A stretch of 20,000 bases of DNA from an uncultured virus (IMG/VR IMGVR_UViG_3300032167_000097) (lineage: Duplodnaviria > Heunggongvirae > Uroviricota > Caudoviricetes): the IMG/VR virus record IMGVR_UViG_3300032167_000097; one strand, 5' to 3'. How positions within the stretch are numbered: the stretch's first letter is position 1; each line of letters opens with the position of its first letter. The notes under the pieces are model-generated. The model was not told the origin of the DNA. It ran no database searches and worked only from the letters and a program-made list of their open reading frames with translations. Shown here in pieces: positions 1 to 8,597 of this stretch. A program made the translations under genes and the position numbers.

Positions 1-211
1 ATTCATTTGGTTTTTCTATATAACACCAATGAGTGATTTGTGATAAATCTGCAATAAGACCGTCTTTATGAAAATGGTCTGTAAAATATGCTATTTCAAT
101 ATCACAATTTTCAAAACTTGATACTTTACGAGTGGTACATACTAAAATCTTTTGAATACGACCATTATCTTTTGGTAATCCGTCTTCTATTTTTACCCAA
201 TCAAATTTCAT
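1..211 (-). CDS. DUF551-like phage protein (3' end at window edge; not in ORF track)
   Basis: Manual translation MKFDWVKIEDGLPKDNGRIQKILVCT...QITHWCYIEKPNE has the W-x4-5-LP...THW pattern of DUF551; SD AGGAG upstream. Confidence 0.65.
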   Translation of the reverse strand, partial: MKFDWVKIEDGLPKDNGRIQKILVCTTRKVSSFENCDIEIAYFTDHFHKDGLIADLSQITHWCYIEKPNE

Positions 212-223
212 TATAATCACTCC

Positions 224-556
224 TTAATCTTCTTCCCATAATAAATTTACATTACATAAACAACAATTACTTTCTCCCCTATGTACTTGATGTTTATTTC
301 CTAACGCATCACATACAGGACAAGAATATTTAATATATTGATTATTAGGCATATAATGATGTGCAATAGGTTTAACCCTTGTAAATCTTTTATGTGTAGG
401 TAAATTTTCTCCCTCTTCTTCTCCGTCTACCTTACCATCAATTACAGTAGGTTGTAAATCTAATTCATCATATAACATTCTTTTTCTCATACCATCAGTT
501 TCTAATAACCAATTAGGTGTATTTGCTTTCATTCTATCAGCGTCAATAACTCTCAT
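224..556 (-). CDS. hypothetical phage protein with C-terminal zinc ribbon
   Basis: MRVIDAD N-terminus common in Firmicutes phage proteins; CPVC...CCLC; SD AAAGGTAGG. Confidence 0.75.
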   Translation of the reverse strand: MRVIDADRMKANTPNWLLETDGMRKRMLYDELDLQPTVIDGKVDGEEEGENLPTHKRFTRVKPIAHHYMPNNQYIKYSCPVCDALGNKHQVHRGESNCCLCNVNLLWEED

Positions 557-596
557 ATAATTTACCTACCTTTCAAACTTATTCCATAGAAAAATC

Positions 597-917
597 TTAT
601 TTTTTATAAAAATCTATTGTAAAAGTATCATACATTGAACTACATTTAATTAATTCAACAACTCTACTTAATCCATCAATAGATTTATAACTTCTATGCC
701 CAATCATATAAAAATAACAATGAATATATCCAATATCATTTAAATAAATATCCTCTACTGGAATACCCCATCTATTAGGTACATAAAGTTTATATCCACC
801 TATGGACTTAATTTCATATAAAAATTTATATAATTCTTCATTATTTTTACAAGATTTAATTACTTTCCTAAATAAATTTTTATCTTCTACATATTTATCT
901 AATAAATCTCTATCCAT
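597..917 (-). CDS. hypothetical protein
   Basis: 106 aa ORF; SD AAGGAG; co-oriented. Confidence 0.75.
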   Translation of the reverse strand: MDRDLLDKYVEDKNLFRKVIKSCKNNEELYKFLYEIKSIGGYKLYVPNRWGIPVEDIYLNDIGYIHCYFYMIGHRSYKSIDGLSRVVELIKCSSMYDTFTIDFYKK

Positions 918-919
918 TT

Positions 920-1675
920 TTACTCCTTTTCTATATTTTTAGGAATTTTACCAATTCCCTTTGTCCAATCTATTAAATCATCGATAGTATACCAACCAAA
1001 ATTATCTACATCCTGATGATAAGGGTTTAACCAAAAAATAAGTTCTTTTTTATTTTCGTCTTTCCATCTAGGAGATAAAGCCAAATATTTTTTATTTGCT
1101 TTTTCTAAAATTTTCTCAATTTTAGTTTTCTTAAATGCTTTTTGTAATGCAATATAATCTAAATCAGCGTTTTTAAGAGATTTAATTGTTTCTTTAGGTA
1201 ATCTTGACTTGATACAGAATTTAAGTCCACCATTTTTAAATAATTTAGATGGTGCAATTCCAACAGCAATATCTAACTTTAAAAATGCGTTATATAATTC
1301 TTCAAGTTCTGATTTATATTCGTCAGTAACTAAAATAGCAAAACTTTTCTCATCCCAAGCAGTAGCCATTCCATTTTCTTCTAACTTATATACCCAATAA
1401 GATAAAAAATCTTCTGTAATTTCCATATAATAATAAGGAGATAACATAAGTAACTTACAATTAAGATTTCCATATTTAATATCTTGATAGATTAAATTCT
1501 TTGGAACTGTAGTTATCATTCTTCCATCAATACCAATCTTATTTTTATCTACTTTAAAATCATATAAAATACCAGTAATTCCCCATTCGTGTTCAGCACA
1601 AAAATCAGAACCTAAATCAATTCCAACTACTTTATCATCAATTTTCATAAATTCAGCATTTTTTCCATATCTCAT
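920..1675 (-). CDS. hypothetical phage protein
   Basis: 251 aa ORF; SD AGGAG; no family recognised. Confidence 0.85.
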   Translation of the reverse strand: MRYGKNAEFMKIDDKVVGIDLGSDFCAEHEWGITGILYDFKVDKNKIGIDGRMITTVPKNLIYQDIKYGNLNCKLLMLSPYYYMEITEDFLSYWVYKLEENGMATAWDEKSFAILVTDEYKSELEELYNAFLKLDIAVGIAPSKLFKNGGLKFCIKSRLPKETIKSLKNADLDYIALQKAFKKTKIEKILEKANKKYLALSPRWKDENKKELIFWLNPYHQDVDNFGWYTIDDLIDWTKGIGKIPKNIEKE

Positions 1676-1715
1676 AAATAAATTTCTCCTATTATCAACA
1701 CAAATTTTTATTAGG

Positions 1716-1913
1716 TTAATACCTCACTTCTGACCAATATATTGACGAAAGTAATTCATCAACTTCTATTTGTAATTCTCCAGCATTTTCAGATATACCA
1801 CTTACAGCCTTTGTACCTCGTCTATCAATATTATAAGGTTCTGTTGTTACCTTAAAAACATCTCCATAATTCAGACCATATACACATTTAAAAGTTCTTC
1901 CAATCCAATTCAT
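1716..1913 (-). CDS. hypothetical protein
   Basis: 65 aa; SD AAGGGGG. Confidence 0.75.
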   Translation of the reverse strand: MNWIGRTFKCVYGLNYGDVFKVTTEPYNIDRRGTKAVSGISENAGELQIEVDELLSSIYWSEVRY

Positions 1914-1952
1914 TTTATATTATCCCCTTTAATTGTTCTGTAATTTGATAAA

Positions 1953-2192
1953 TTATTGCCATTCACGACCACATTGGTCGCAACCGTGTGCATAATAATA
2001 ACATTGATTTCCAGCACAATAATGTCCGTAATTGTATTCTTGATTCATACAAGCCATTTCTGACTTTTTTGGTTTTCCATTTTTATGATAGTAACCATTA
2101 TTTGTACGAAATTCTATTTCTTCTTCTGTTAAAGGATTTTCTTCTCCAATTCTATAACCACCATTTACCCAAATAATATTATATCTTTTCAT
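1953..2192 (-). CDS. hypothetical Cys-rich protein
   Basis: 79 aa; five Cys in C-terminal third; first gene after promoter at 2238-2266. Confidence 0.75.
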   Translation of the reverse strand: MKRYNIIWVNGGYRIGEENPLTEEEIEFRTNNGYYHKNGKPKKSEMACMNQEYNYGHYCAGNQCYYYAHGCDQCGREWQ

Positions 2193-2237
2193 AATATTTC
2201 CTTTCTTATTTAAATCAATTATCTTTAATATATACTT

Positions 2238-2266
2238 ATAATATCATATATTTTAAAATTTGTAAA
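2238..2266 (-). promoter_or_regulatory. sigma-A-type promoter P1
   Basis: TTTACA (2266-2261), 17 bp spacer, TATTAT (2243-2238) preceded by TGA (extended -10); A-tract upstream. Confidence 0.8.
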
Positions 2267-2277
2267 CAATTTTTATA

Positions 2278-2313
2278 AATAAAAAACACCAACCAATAAT
2301 GATTAGTGTTTTT
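2278..2313 (-). terminator. intrinsic terminator
   Basis: ACACTAATCA-TTAT-TGGTTGGTGT stem (G.U pairs on minus strand) followed by TTTTTATTT. Confidence 0.8.
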
Positions 2314-2320
2314 ATTATTT

Positions 2321-2518
2321 TTAATTTAATAATATCTTTTCAAGTTCTCTTATTCTATCAAATTTTTCAGCAAATAATGTGGGTGTATTTAATATTTCCT
2401 TAATCTTTATTTGCTTTTCAAGTGCGTCAATTCCTATATTAAAAGCATCTATCTTTCTATTGTCACTTTCCCACGATTTTTCTTCCTTTAAAATTTTAAT
2501 AGCCTGTTGTTCATTCAT
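2321..2518 (-). CDS. hypothetical phage protein
   Basis: 65 aa; 'AIKIL...IDALEKQI' pattern common in Firmicutes phages; SD AGGAG. Confidence 0.75.
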   Translation of the reverse strand: MNEQQAIKILKEEKSWESDNRKIDAFNIGIDALEKQIKIKEILNTPTLFAEKFDRIRELEKILLN

Positions 2519-2528
2519 ATAAATTCTC

Positions 2529-2942
2529 CTATTCTTTAACTAAACTATTACTTAAATAATTATATCCCTCTTCATAGGTTAAAAAGTATTCAGTATGTAA
2601 ACCCTCTAATGGTAATTCAATATAATCGTCAAAAATATCTCTACAATTCCAATATACATTACCATTTGAAAATTCTATTTGCTCTCCGTCAACAGGATAT
2701 ATAGGGTGTATTACTGTTTCATCATATTCTTCTCCAATAATATACAGAACGCTAGGTGGATTAAAACTTAATTTTAATTCTTCGGCAGTATATCCTAATT
2801 CTTCATATTCAGCTAATTTACGAATAGCAACACCACTATGATGAGAGTCCATTTCACAAGGCTCTAGTTCGTGATTATTGTTTTCTCTGTCAATAAACCA
2901 TACCATATCACTTGTGTTTGATTTTCTTGTTAATCTCTTCAT
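2529..2942 (-). CDS. hypothetical phage protein (MxRLT...KLAEYE family)
   Basis: Start moved to MKRLT, which has SD AGGGAG; shares motifs with 10286-10639 and 11332-11643. Confidence 0.8.
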   Translation of the reverse strand: MKRLTRKSNTSDMVWFIDRENNNHELEPCEMDSHHSGVAIRKLAEYEELGYTAEELKLSFNPPSVLYIIGEEYDETVIHPIYPVDGEQIEFSNGNVYWNCRDIFDDYIELPLEGLHTEYFLTYEEGYNYLSNSLVKE

Positions 2943-2952
2943 ATTAAACTCC

Positions 2953-3321
2953 CTATTCATATTTATCTTTTAATCGTTGTAACTCTGCTAATTCACGCTC
3001 TTTTAATAGTTGTTCTTCTCTTAATTCTTTTTCTTTTTCTTTTCTTTCTCTTATCATTTTATACCAATCTTTATGCTTATCAGCATCTTCAAATAAGAAA
3101 TCAATAGGAAAATTACCACTTGTTGAGTCATACATATCATAATGACTATCATAGGCTGTAATATAAACAGTATCATCATCAAATTCTGTCTTATCTGATT
3201 CTAAAGTATCAAATTCAGCAGTTAAAAAACCAATTTCTCCAACAACATCATAAACTCTTTCCATTATTTTTTCATAATTTTTAAGCGTTTTTAACACTTC
3301 TTCTTTTGATAAATCAAACAT
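2953..3321 (-). CDS. hypothetical protein with C-terminal coiled coil
   Basis: 122 aa; SD AAGGAG; EKEKELREEQ...ELAELQRLKDKYE. Confidence 0.8.
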   Translation of the reverse strand: MFDLSKEEVLKTLKNYEKIMERVYDVVGEIGFLTAEFDTLESDKTEFDDDTVYITAYDSHYDMYDSTSGNFPIDFLFEDADKHKDWYKMIRERKEKEKELREEQLLKERELAELQRLKDKYE

Positions 3322-3350
3322 ATAAAAATCTCCTTTATGTAATATATTTT

Positions 3351-3635
3351 TTACTTTGTTACATTATTTCTTAATCGTTGACACTTTCTTCTCCAATTTC
3401 TATTAGATTTTTCAAGTTCTTTAATTCTCTTTTTTAATAATTCATTTTCATTATCAATGATACCATTTTGAAAAGCGTTCATAAGCATATCAATAGTTTC
3501 TCTTTCATATAAGCCACATAATGAATCTTCTTTATAAAAATCTAAATCAACATAAACTCTATTAAGACTTTCCTTAAACTTATTATTAATAAATTCGTCT
3601 TCATATTCCTTTGGTATTTCAATAGTAATTTTCAT
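3351..3635 (-). CDS. hypothetical protein
   Basis: MKITIEIP start (GTG at 3644 is an alternative); coiled-coil C-terminus. Confidence 0.75.
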   Translation of the reverse strand: MKITIEIPKEYEDEFINNKFKESLNRVYVDLDFYKEDSLCGLYERETIDMLMNAFQNGIIDNENELLKKRIKELEKSNRNWRRKCQRLRNNVTK

Positions 3636-3640
3636 ATAAT

Positions 3641-3883
3641 TCACAGCACCTTTACATCATAATTTTGGTATTTATTCTTTATAGGTAATTCACATAAATA
3701 TTTCCGAGTTTTAAAACAATCATCACAAATTGTAATAGTAGTAATATTAGACTTTTCATAATAAACAATATTATCTCTTTCAACTTTAAAATTAATACGA
3801 ATTTTTCTGGCTTTTTTATTTTTATTATGACAATATTTACAAACACAATTAGCATCCCTACTAATTAAATTAAAATTTCTCAT
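3641..3883 (-). CDS. small CxxC...CxxC zinc-finger protein
   Basis: Start moved to MRNFN with SD AGGGGGTG; CKYC...CDDC. Confidence 0.7.
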   Translation of the reverse strand: MRNFNLISRDANCVCKYCHNKNKKARKIRINFKVERDNIVYYEKSNITTITICDDCFKTRKYLCELPIKNKYQNYDVKVL

Positions 3884-3899
3884 ATTTATTAACACCCCC

Positions 3900-4292
3900 T
3901 TAATATCCATATCTAATTCTTTCATTTTGCATTTCGTCAATAGGTTCAACATCTTTTACCCAAATAACTGCTCCCTTTGGATGTTTATAATACCATATAT
4001 CTTCAATAGGTTCAACATCAGTTATTTCCCAAGCATAAGGTTTCTTATACCAATTTGTTAATTCTTCAAAAGTCATAGTAAGACAAGCCTTATCTTTATT
4101 GCTATCCCAATTCTGATAAGTTAATTCAGTTGAACTATTTATTTTACAAATAGCCCTAACTCTACTACTACCACTTTCTAATAAATATATAGATTGACCT
4201 ACTTTTTTAGTATCAGAACCCCTTATTTCTAAAGTTTTCTTACCACTTATAATAAGGTCTAACCATTCTTTTTTAATAATAAGTCCGTACAT
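3900..4292 (-). CDS. ASCH domain protein
   Basis: GLIIKKEWLDLIISGKKTLEIR matches the ASCH GxKxxExR signature; YAW and 'HPKGAVIWV' C-terminus. Confidence 0.9.
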   Translation of the reverse strand: MYGLIIKKEWLDLIISGKKTLEIRGSDTKKVGQSIYLLESGSSRVRAICKINSSTELTYQNWDSNKDKACLTMTFEELTNWYKKPYAWEITDVEPIEDIWYYKHPKGAVIWVKDVEPIDEMQNERIRYGY

Positions 4293-4306
4293 ATCTTTTT
4301 CCTTTC

Positions 4307-4591
4307 TTAATATGGAATTGTTCTACCAATAGGAACTACATAAACTGATACTCCACCTTGATTATTTCCAGTCCAATAACAAACATCAGTAACAAGATAT
4401 TGATGATATTCTTTTAAAATTTCCCCACTTTGATTAGTTTTACCCATATCATTAGGTTCAAGAATATCTATATGCTCTCCAATTCTAGGAATAGGAAAAT
4501 TATCTATTTTTATTTCAGTAATTTTAGCGTCACATCCGTCTTCATCAAAATAACCACCAGTACCACTTTTTACATAAACTTCAATTTCCAT
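4307..4591 (-). CDS. hypothetical phage protein
   Basis: 94 aa; PIPRIGEHI motif; SD AAAGGT. Confidence 0.75.
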   Translation of the reverse strand: MEIEVYVKSGTGGYFDEDGCDAKITEIKIDNFPIPRIGEHIDILEPNDMGKTNQSGEILKEYHQYLVTDVCYWTGNNQGGVSVYVVPIGRTIPY

Positions 4592-4625
4592 TATTATTTT
4601 ACCTTTCTATCTCTAACATAAATTT

Positions 4626-4922
4626 TTATAAGTGATTTGTTAATACAATTTTTCTAAACCTTAAATAATTTTTTTCAAAATGATTTGGATAATCTAATGG
4701 TGTAAATTCATTAGATTTAAGTTCAAATACACCGTCAACTATTTTACGAAAACTAAATCCTTTATTATTTGGATTTAAAATAATACATATATTTGCATCA
4801 TCTACAAAATGATAATTATAAGTATCATCAGTTCTATCTTTATTTCCACTTCTAGCTATTAGTTGCCAACCATAATTCTCTTTATATGGTTTAATAAAAT
4901 CATTTATTTCCTGTTCTGTCAT
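4626..4922 (-). CDS. hypothetical protein
   Basis: 98 aa; SD AAAGGA. Confidence 0.75.
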   Translation of the reverse strand: MTEQEINDFIKPYKENYGWQLIARSGNKDRTDDTYNYHFVDDANICIILNPNNKGFSFRKIVDGVFELKSNEFTPLDYPNHFEKNYLRFRKIVLTNHL

Positions 4923-4945
4923 ATAATAAATATCCTTTCAATAAT

Positions 4946-5158
4946 TTAATAATACGATTTAAATGGTTTACTAATTCTCTCTAACATTTCTATTTTTTCT
5001 TGTATAATATCATACTCTTTTTTCAAATTATCTAACCATTCATAATCTTCTGGGTATCTCCTAGTATTAGAATGATATAGTGTTTGATAAATATACTTTT
5101 TTCTGTGTTTTAAATTATGTAATTCTCTTATAATATTCTTTCTATAATTAACAAACAT
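4946..5158 (-). CDS. hypothetical protein
   Basis: 70 aa helical ORF; no properly spaced SD; structured leader upstream. Confidence 0.6.
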   Translation of the reverse strand: MFVNYRKNIIRELHNLKHRKKYIYQTLYHSNTRRYPEDYEWLDNLKKEYDIIQEKIEMLERISKPFKSYY

Positions 5159-5242
5159 ACCTATACTGAAAGGTTTGTTGAGTGTGTTACCCTCTGCTTG
5201 ATGCAGTTGAACCCCAACCTAGGGATTCAAATAGCCCTGAAT
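5156..5242 (-). ncRNA. candidate structured, pseudoknotted RNA or leader
   Basis: GC-enriched intergenic tract: 9-bp hairpin TTGAATCCC/GGGGTTCAA with loop TAGGTT; CTGC/GCAG and GGGT/ACTC hairpins; loop AGGTT complementary to downstream AACCT. Confidence 0.5.
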
Positions 5243-5262
5243 ATATTTTTATTTATTCATCA

Positions 5263-5451
5263 TTACTGGATGAATAATGGTATTGCTAATGTCATTATTA
5301 CAATTCCTATCATAATATATAGACAATAATACATTAGCGTGAAAATAGTATCAGAGTTTCTTTTTATCTTGATTTTTCTATAAATAAACCCAGCAAGGAT
5401 AAATAGAAAACCTATTACAAAAATCACAATTCCTAGAATTATATTATTCAT
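5263..5451 (-). CDS. small membrane protein (2 TM)
   Basis: Two hydrophobic segments separated by basic RKIKIKR; SD AAGGAG. Confidence 0.75.
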   Translation of the reverse strand: MNNIILGIVIFVIGFLFILAGFIYRKIKIKRNSDTIFTLMYYCLYIMIGIVIMTLAIPLFIQ

Positions 5452-5571
5452 TGAATTATCTCCTTTATATATCTAACTTTTTTCGATTACCATAGCCCTG
5501 TTTATAATTTTACATCTTATATTTTATATATACACATAATAGCAATATAACCACTATTTAAATCACTTCCT

Positions 5572-5829
5572 TTAAATCTTATCTAAATTACCAAAAACAT
5601 CAATATAACATTCGTGAAATACAGTTTTCTTAACATCATTTTCATCAAATACATCAATCCACGCTGAAATTACTCTATCGTGTTCTCTCATATATTGAAT
5701 TTCTTTCTTTGCGTCTTCAATTCTTAAAAATCCTGTGGATTTAGAACATAACCAGGGCTTTGTATCTACATCTTCTTGAATAATAAGTGATACCCAAAAT
5801 AAACTCTTTTCCAATAAACTCTTTTCCAT
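5572..5829 (-). CDS. hypothetical protein
   Basis: 85 aa; SD AAGGAG. Confidence 0.75.
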   Translation of the reverse strand: MEKSLLEKSLFWVSLIIQEDVDTKPWLCSKSTGFLRIEDAKKEIQYMREHDRVISAWIDVFDENDVKKTVFHECYIDVFGNLDKI

Positions 5830-5841
5830 AATATCTCTCCT

Positions 5842-5994
5842 TTAATTAAGATATAAAATACACGCTAAATAACCATAATAATCTGAACCATTATGACTAA
5901 TGGTTACATTTACTACATCTTTATCTCGAATAAACTCATTTATGTTTTTTTCTAATTCTGATATAACATCTGCTCTTATCAATTCAACTTTCAT
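5842..5994 (-). CDS. Cse60/DUF2758-like small protein (50 aa; not in ORF track)
   Basis: MKVELIRADVISELEKNINEFIRDKDVVNVTISHNGSDYYGYLACILYLN; 'ELE..INEF...V..I.....ILY' pattern; SD AAAGGA. Confidence 0.55.
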   Translation of the reverse strand: MKVELIRADVISELEKNINEFIRDKDVVNVTISHNGSDYYGYLACILYLN

Positions 5995-6030
5995 TTTATG
6001 TATATCCTTTTCTTGTTAAATTATATAAAA

Positions 6031-6336
6031 CTACTGACAAAATTTATCAAGTAATATTTCTAATTCTTTTAATTCCTTTTCAGTTTTTAACCCATCTGAA
6101 ATTTTTTGCATTGCTAATTCAATAGGATTTGTTTCTGTTTCGTCAATCCAGTAATCACTACAAATTGTATTATATACATAATCCTTTCTATTGAATAGTG
6201 TTGGAATTTTTTCAATTTTTTCTTCAATTCTTGTGTAAAATAAATTCCAAGAATCATACCAAAAAGTTATTCTAAATTCCCTATTCTCAATAATTACTGT
6301 TTTTTCCCATTTATCCTTATTCATTCTTGTTTTCAT
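6031..6336 (-). CDS. hypothetical protein
   Basis: 101 aa; SD GAGGT. Confidence 0.75.
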   Translation of the reverse strand: MKTRMNKDKWEKTVIIENREFRITFWYDSWNLFYTRIEEKIEKIPTLFNRKDYVYNTICSDYWIDETETNPIELAMQKISDGLKTEKELKELEILLDKFCQ

Positions 6337-6346
6337 TTTAGTTACC

Positions 6347-6598
6347 TCATTCTATAATACGAACTATATTTTCATTTTCAGAACTGTCACTTAATAAATC
6401 AATAATTGCTCTAAAATGTTTTCTAATTTCCGTACTATGATTTAATCTTGTTCCACCTTGACGAGTGGCTATTACTACATTATTATCATTATCATCTCTT
6501 ATATAAGTATTTATTACAATATCTCCATCTTCTTTTTGAATAATTGATAGTGTATTATGATTACTATAATCGCTACGAATAATTACACCCTTTGCCAT
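6347..6598 (-). CDS. hypothetical protein
   Basis: Start moved to MAKGV with SD GAAAGGA. Confidence 0.7.
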   Translation of the reverse strand: MAKGVIIRSDYSNHNTLSIIQKEDGDIVINTYIRDDNDNNVVIATRQGGTRLNHSTEIRKHFRAIIDLLSDSSENENIVRIIE

Positions 6599-6640
6599 AT
6601 ATAATCCTTTCTTATTCTGTATCAACTTCATTAAGTCCAA

Positions 6641-6832
6641 TTATTTGTCTTTGTTATATTGTTTTTTACTTTCTTCATTGTCTTTTTGAATACCTTTCCA
6701 AAAATTCTCTTGCCCCTCTTTTGCAAGTTTTTCATTTGCACCACAAATACCACAAGCAATAGAACCTAATCTATCATAATCGAAACAAGATTTTCCATCA
6801 TCTAAAGGACATTTTTCATAACCATATTCCAT
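6641..6832 (-). CDS. hypothetical Cys-containing protein
   Basis: 63 aa; CP..SC..CGIC. Confidence 0.7.
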   Translation of the reverse strand: MEYGYEKCPLDDGKSCFDYDRLGSIACGICGANEKLAKEGQENFWKGIQKDNEESKKQYNKDK

Positions 6833-6834
6833 AA

Positions 6835-7167
6835 TTAAAATCCCCCATTTAATAAATAATCTTTTGCATACTCATTTCCAAATTTCTTATACATATATTC
6901 TCTATATATTTTAGTTACATCACCAGAATGATGATATACTTTCACATTAAAATCGTCTAATTCATAATCATCATCAATGATAACAGTTGCACTAGGATTT
7001 TCTTTTAAAATGTCTTCATCCCATTCAGGAATTTCAATATATCCAGAAAGACCAATAGAAATATCATCTTTTACGATTTTTAAATCATTGATTGTTGCAC
7101 CATCGTCAGTAAACAATATATATAACTCTTTTAATTCTTCTTCACTTAATTTATTTACCCATTTCAT
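6835..7167 (-). CDS. hypothetical protein
   Basis: 110 aa acidic; SD AAGGAG. Confidence 0.8.
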   Translation of the reverse strand: MKWVNKLSEEELKELYILFTDDGATINDLKIVKDDISIGLSGYIEIPEWDEDILKENPSATVIIDDDYELDDFNVKVYHHSGDVTKIYREYMYKKFGNEYAKDYLLNGGF

Positions 7168-7187
7168 AATAAAGTTCTCCTTACTTT

Positions 7188-7490
7188 TTAATCTTCCATA
7201 TCATATATTGCTTTAATTAATTCATCAATTTTTACTGTATCTTTCATACAATATAAATTTGCCATTCTTGAACCTATATAATTATGAACTAAACCCATTT
7301 CTACTAATTTATTCATTTCATTAGGATATGATAATTCATATTCTCTTAATGAATAATCTCCATAGTGGTCATCTTTCTCTGTTCTCCTTATTTCTTCTAA
7401 ACAACATAATAATACTCCTAATTCAAATTCAACTCCGTCAACAGAAATGAATTTTGTAATTACAGGTTTTTCATATACATCAATTTTCAT
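7188..7490 (-). CDS. hypothetical protein
   Basis: 100 aa; SD AAAGGA. Confidence 0.75.
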   Translation of the reverse strand: MKIDVYEKPVITKFISVDGVEFELGVLLCCLEEIRRTEKDDHYGDYSLREYELSYPNEMNKLVEMGLVHNYIGSRMANLYCMKDTVKIDELIKAIYDMED

Positions 7491-7493
7491 AAT

Positions 7494-7703
7494 TTATAAT
7501 CCTTTCATTCCATAATGTTCTTCTGCTATATCAAAAGATACTAATGCGTCTTCAAGTTCTACCTTTGTATTACATAATGCAGGTAAATGTTCCTCACATT
7601 CTACAACTAGATTATATAAATTTTCAAGTTTCGCTCTAATCTCTCTCATTTTATTTTGATATTCTTCATTTAAAGCACATTTATTTAATCCTTTTGTCGG
7701 CAT
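7494..7703 (-). CDS. hypothetical helical protein
   Basis: 69 aa; SD AAGGGAG; first gene after promoter at 7738-7766. Confidence 0.75.
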   Translation of the reverse strand: MPTKGLNKCALNEEYQNKMREIRAKLENLYNLVVECEEHLPALCNTKVELEDALVSFDIAEEHYGMKGL

Positions 7704-7737
7704 ATCTTTTCTCCCTTTTCATTTAGTTTATGTATTT

Positions 7738-7766
7738 ATCATATCAAATTTTTAGGAATTTGTAAA
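7738..7766 (-). promoter_or_regulatory. sigma-A-type promoter P2
   Basis: TTTACA (7766-7761), 17 bp spacer, TATGAT (7743-7738) preceded by TGA. Confidence 0.8.
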
Positions 7767-7778
7767 TAATTTTTTAAG

Positions 7779-7814
7779 CAAATAAGGAGAAATTATAAAA
7801 TAATTTCCCCTTAT
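7779..7814 (-). terminator. intrinsic terminator
   Basis: ATAAGGGGAAATTA / TAATTTCTCCTTAT inverted repeat just after the stop at 7819; short U-tract. Confidence 0.7.
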
Positions 7815-7818
7815 AAAT

Positions 7819-8061
7819 TTACTTTATATACCAACTATCAGTTTCAAGAAATTCAATAGTTTCAAGTTTAGGATTAACCTTTTTAAGTTTATCTCTATAC
7901 TTATCAACTAATTCCCCACCCTTACCAATCATAAGACCAGGTTTATCAGTACAAATTTTAATAGTATCTTTAAAATCAGCAAAAGCACTTACCATAATAA
8001 TACTCTTAACTCCTGCCTCATTTTTCCATTCTTTGATTATATTTGAAATATCTTTTTTCAT
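7819..8061 (-). CDS. stand-alone type II KH domain protein (ribosomal protein S3 N-domain-like)
   Basis: IKICTDKPGLMIGKGGELVDKYRDKLKK resembles uS3 'IHTARPGxVIGKxGxxxxKLR' with GxxG loop; no S3 C-domain. Confidence 0.8.
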   Translation of the reverse strand: MKKDISNIIKEWKNEAGVKSIIMVSAFADFKDTIKICTDKPGLMIGKGGELVDKYRDKLKKVNPKLETIEFLETDSWYIK

Positions 8062-8073
8062 TTATTTATCTCC

Positions 8074-8397
8074 TTATTCTAACTCAATAATCTTATATTC
8101 TTCAATTTCATCCTCATCAGCAAGTTTCATAAGTTGAATTTTAAACCAATCTAAAAACTCTTTTTCTGTTAAGGTTGTAATTTCCTCATAGTTACTTAAA
8201 AATATCTTCATCATATCCCCTTCGGAAATTACATAATCATACATCTTATTTGTTCTAATATGTACCTTATATTTAGTAAGAGTTAAGTCAATTTCAGTAA
8301 TATATTCACTACCATAATTACAAGTTGGACAACCACCATAACTGTAACTATCATCTTCATAATTAACTAACCCACCATCAACCATTTTAATTAACAT
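8074..8397 (-). CDS. hypothetical phage protein (GCPTCNYGS motif)
   Basis: 107 aa; SD AAGGAG. Confidence 0.8.
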   Translation of the reverse strand: MLIKMVDGGLVNYEDDSYSYGGCPTCNYGSEYITEIDLTLTKYKVHIRTNKMYDYVISEGDMMKIFLSNYEEITTLTEKEFLDWFKIQLMKLADEDEIEEYKIIELE

Positions 8398-8414
8398 TTT
8401 ATATCATCTCCTTA

Positions 8415-8585
8415 TTATTCAAATAAATCTCTTAATTGTCTTAAATCATTTATTAACCAAGTACATACAGTTTTTGCGTCAGTATCTCCATTTGAACCGT
8501 CTTTAGCAACATCAATCATATTATCTAATTCGTGTCTAATTCTTTCAACTTCATCAAATGTGAGAATTGTTACATCTTTCATCAT
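8415..8585 (-). CDS. hypothetical protein (56 aa; not in ORF track)
   Basis: MMKDVTILTFDEVERIRHELDNMIDVAKDG...LRDLFE; SD AAGGAG. Confidence 0.7.
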   Translation of the reverse strand: MMKDVTILTFDEVERIRHELDNMIDVAKDGSNGDTDAKTVCTWLINDLRQLRDLFE

Positions 8586-8597
8586 AATAACATCTCC

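Noticed and set aside
5231..5500. 9-mer ATAGCCCTG repeated at 5231-5239 and 5492-5500, flanking a membrane-protein gene
   Set aside because: Too short to support a target-site duplication or operator without comparative data
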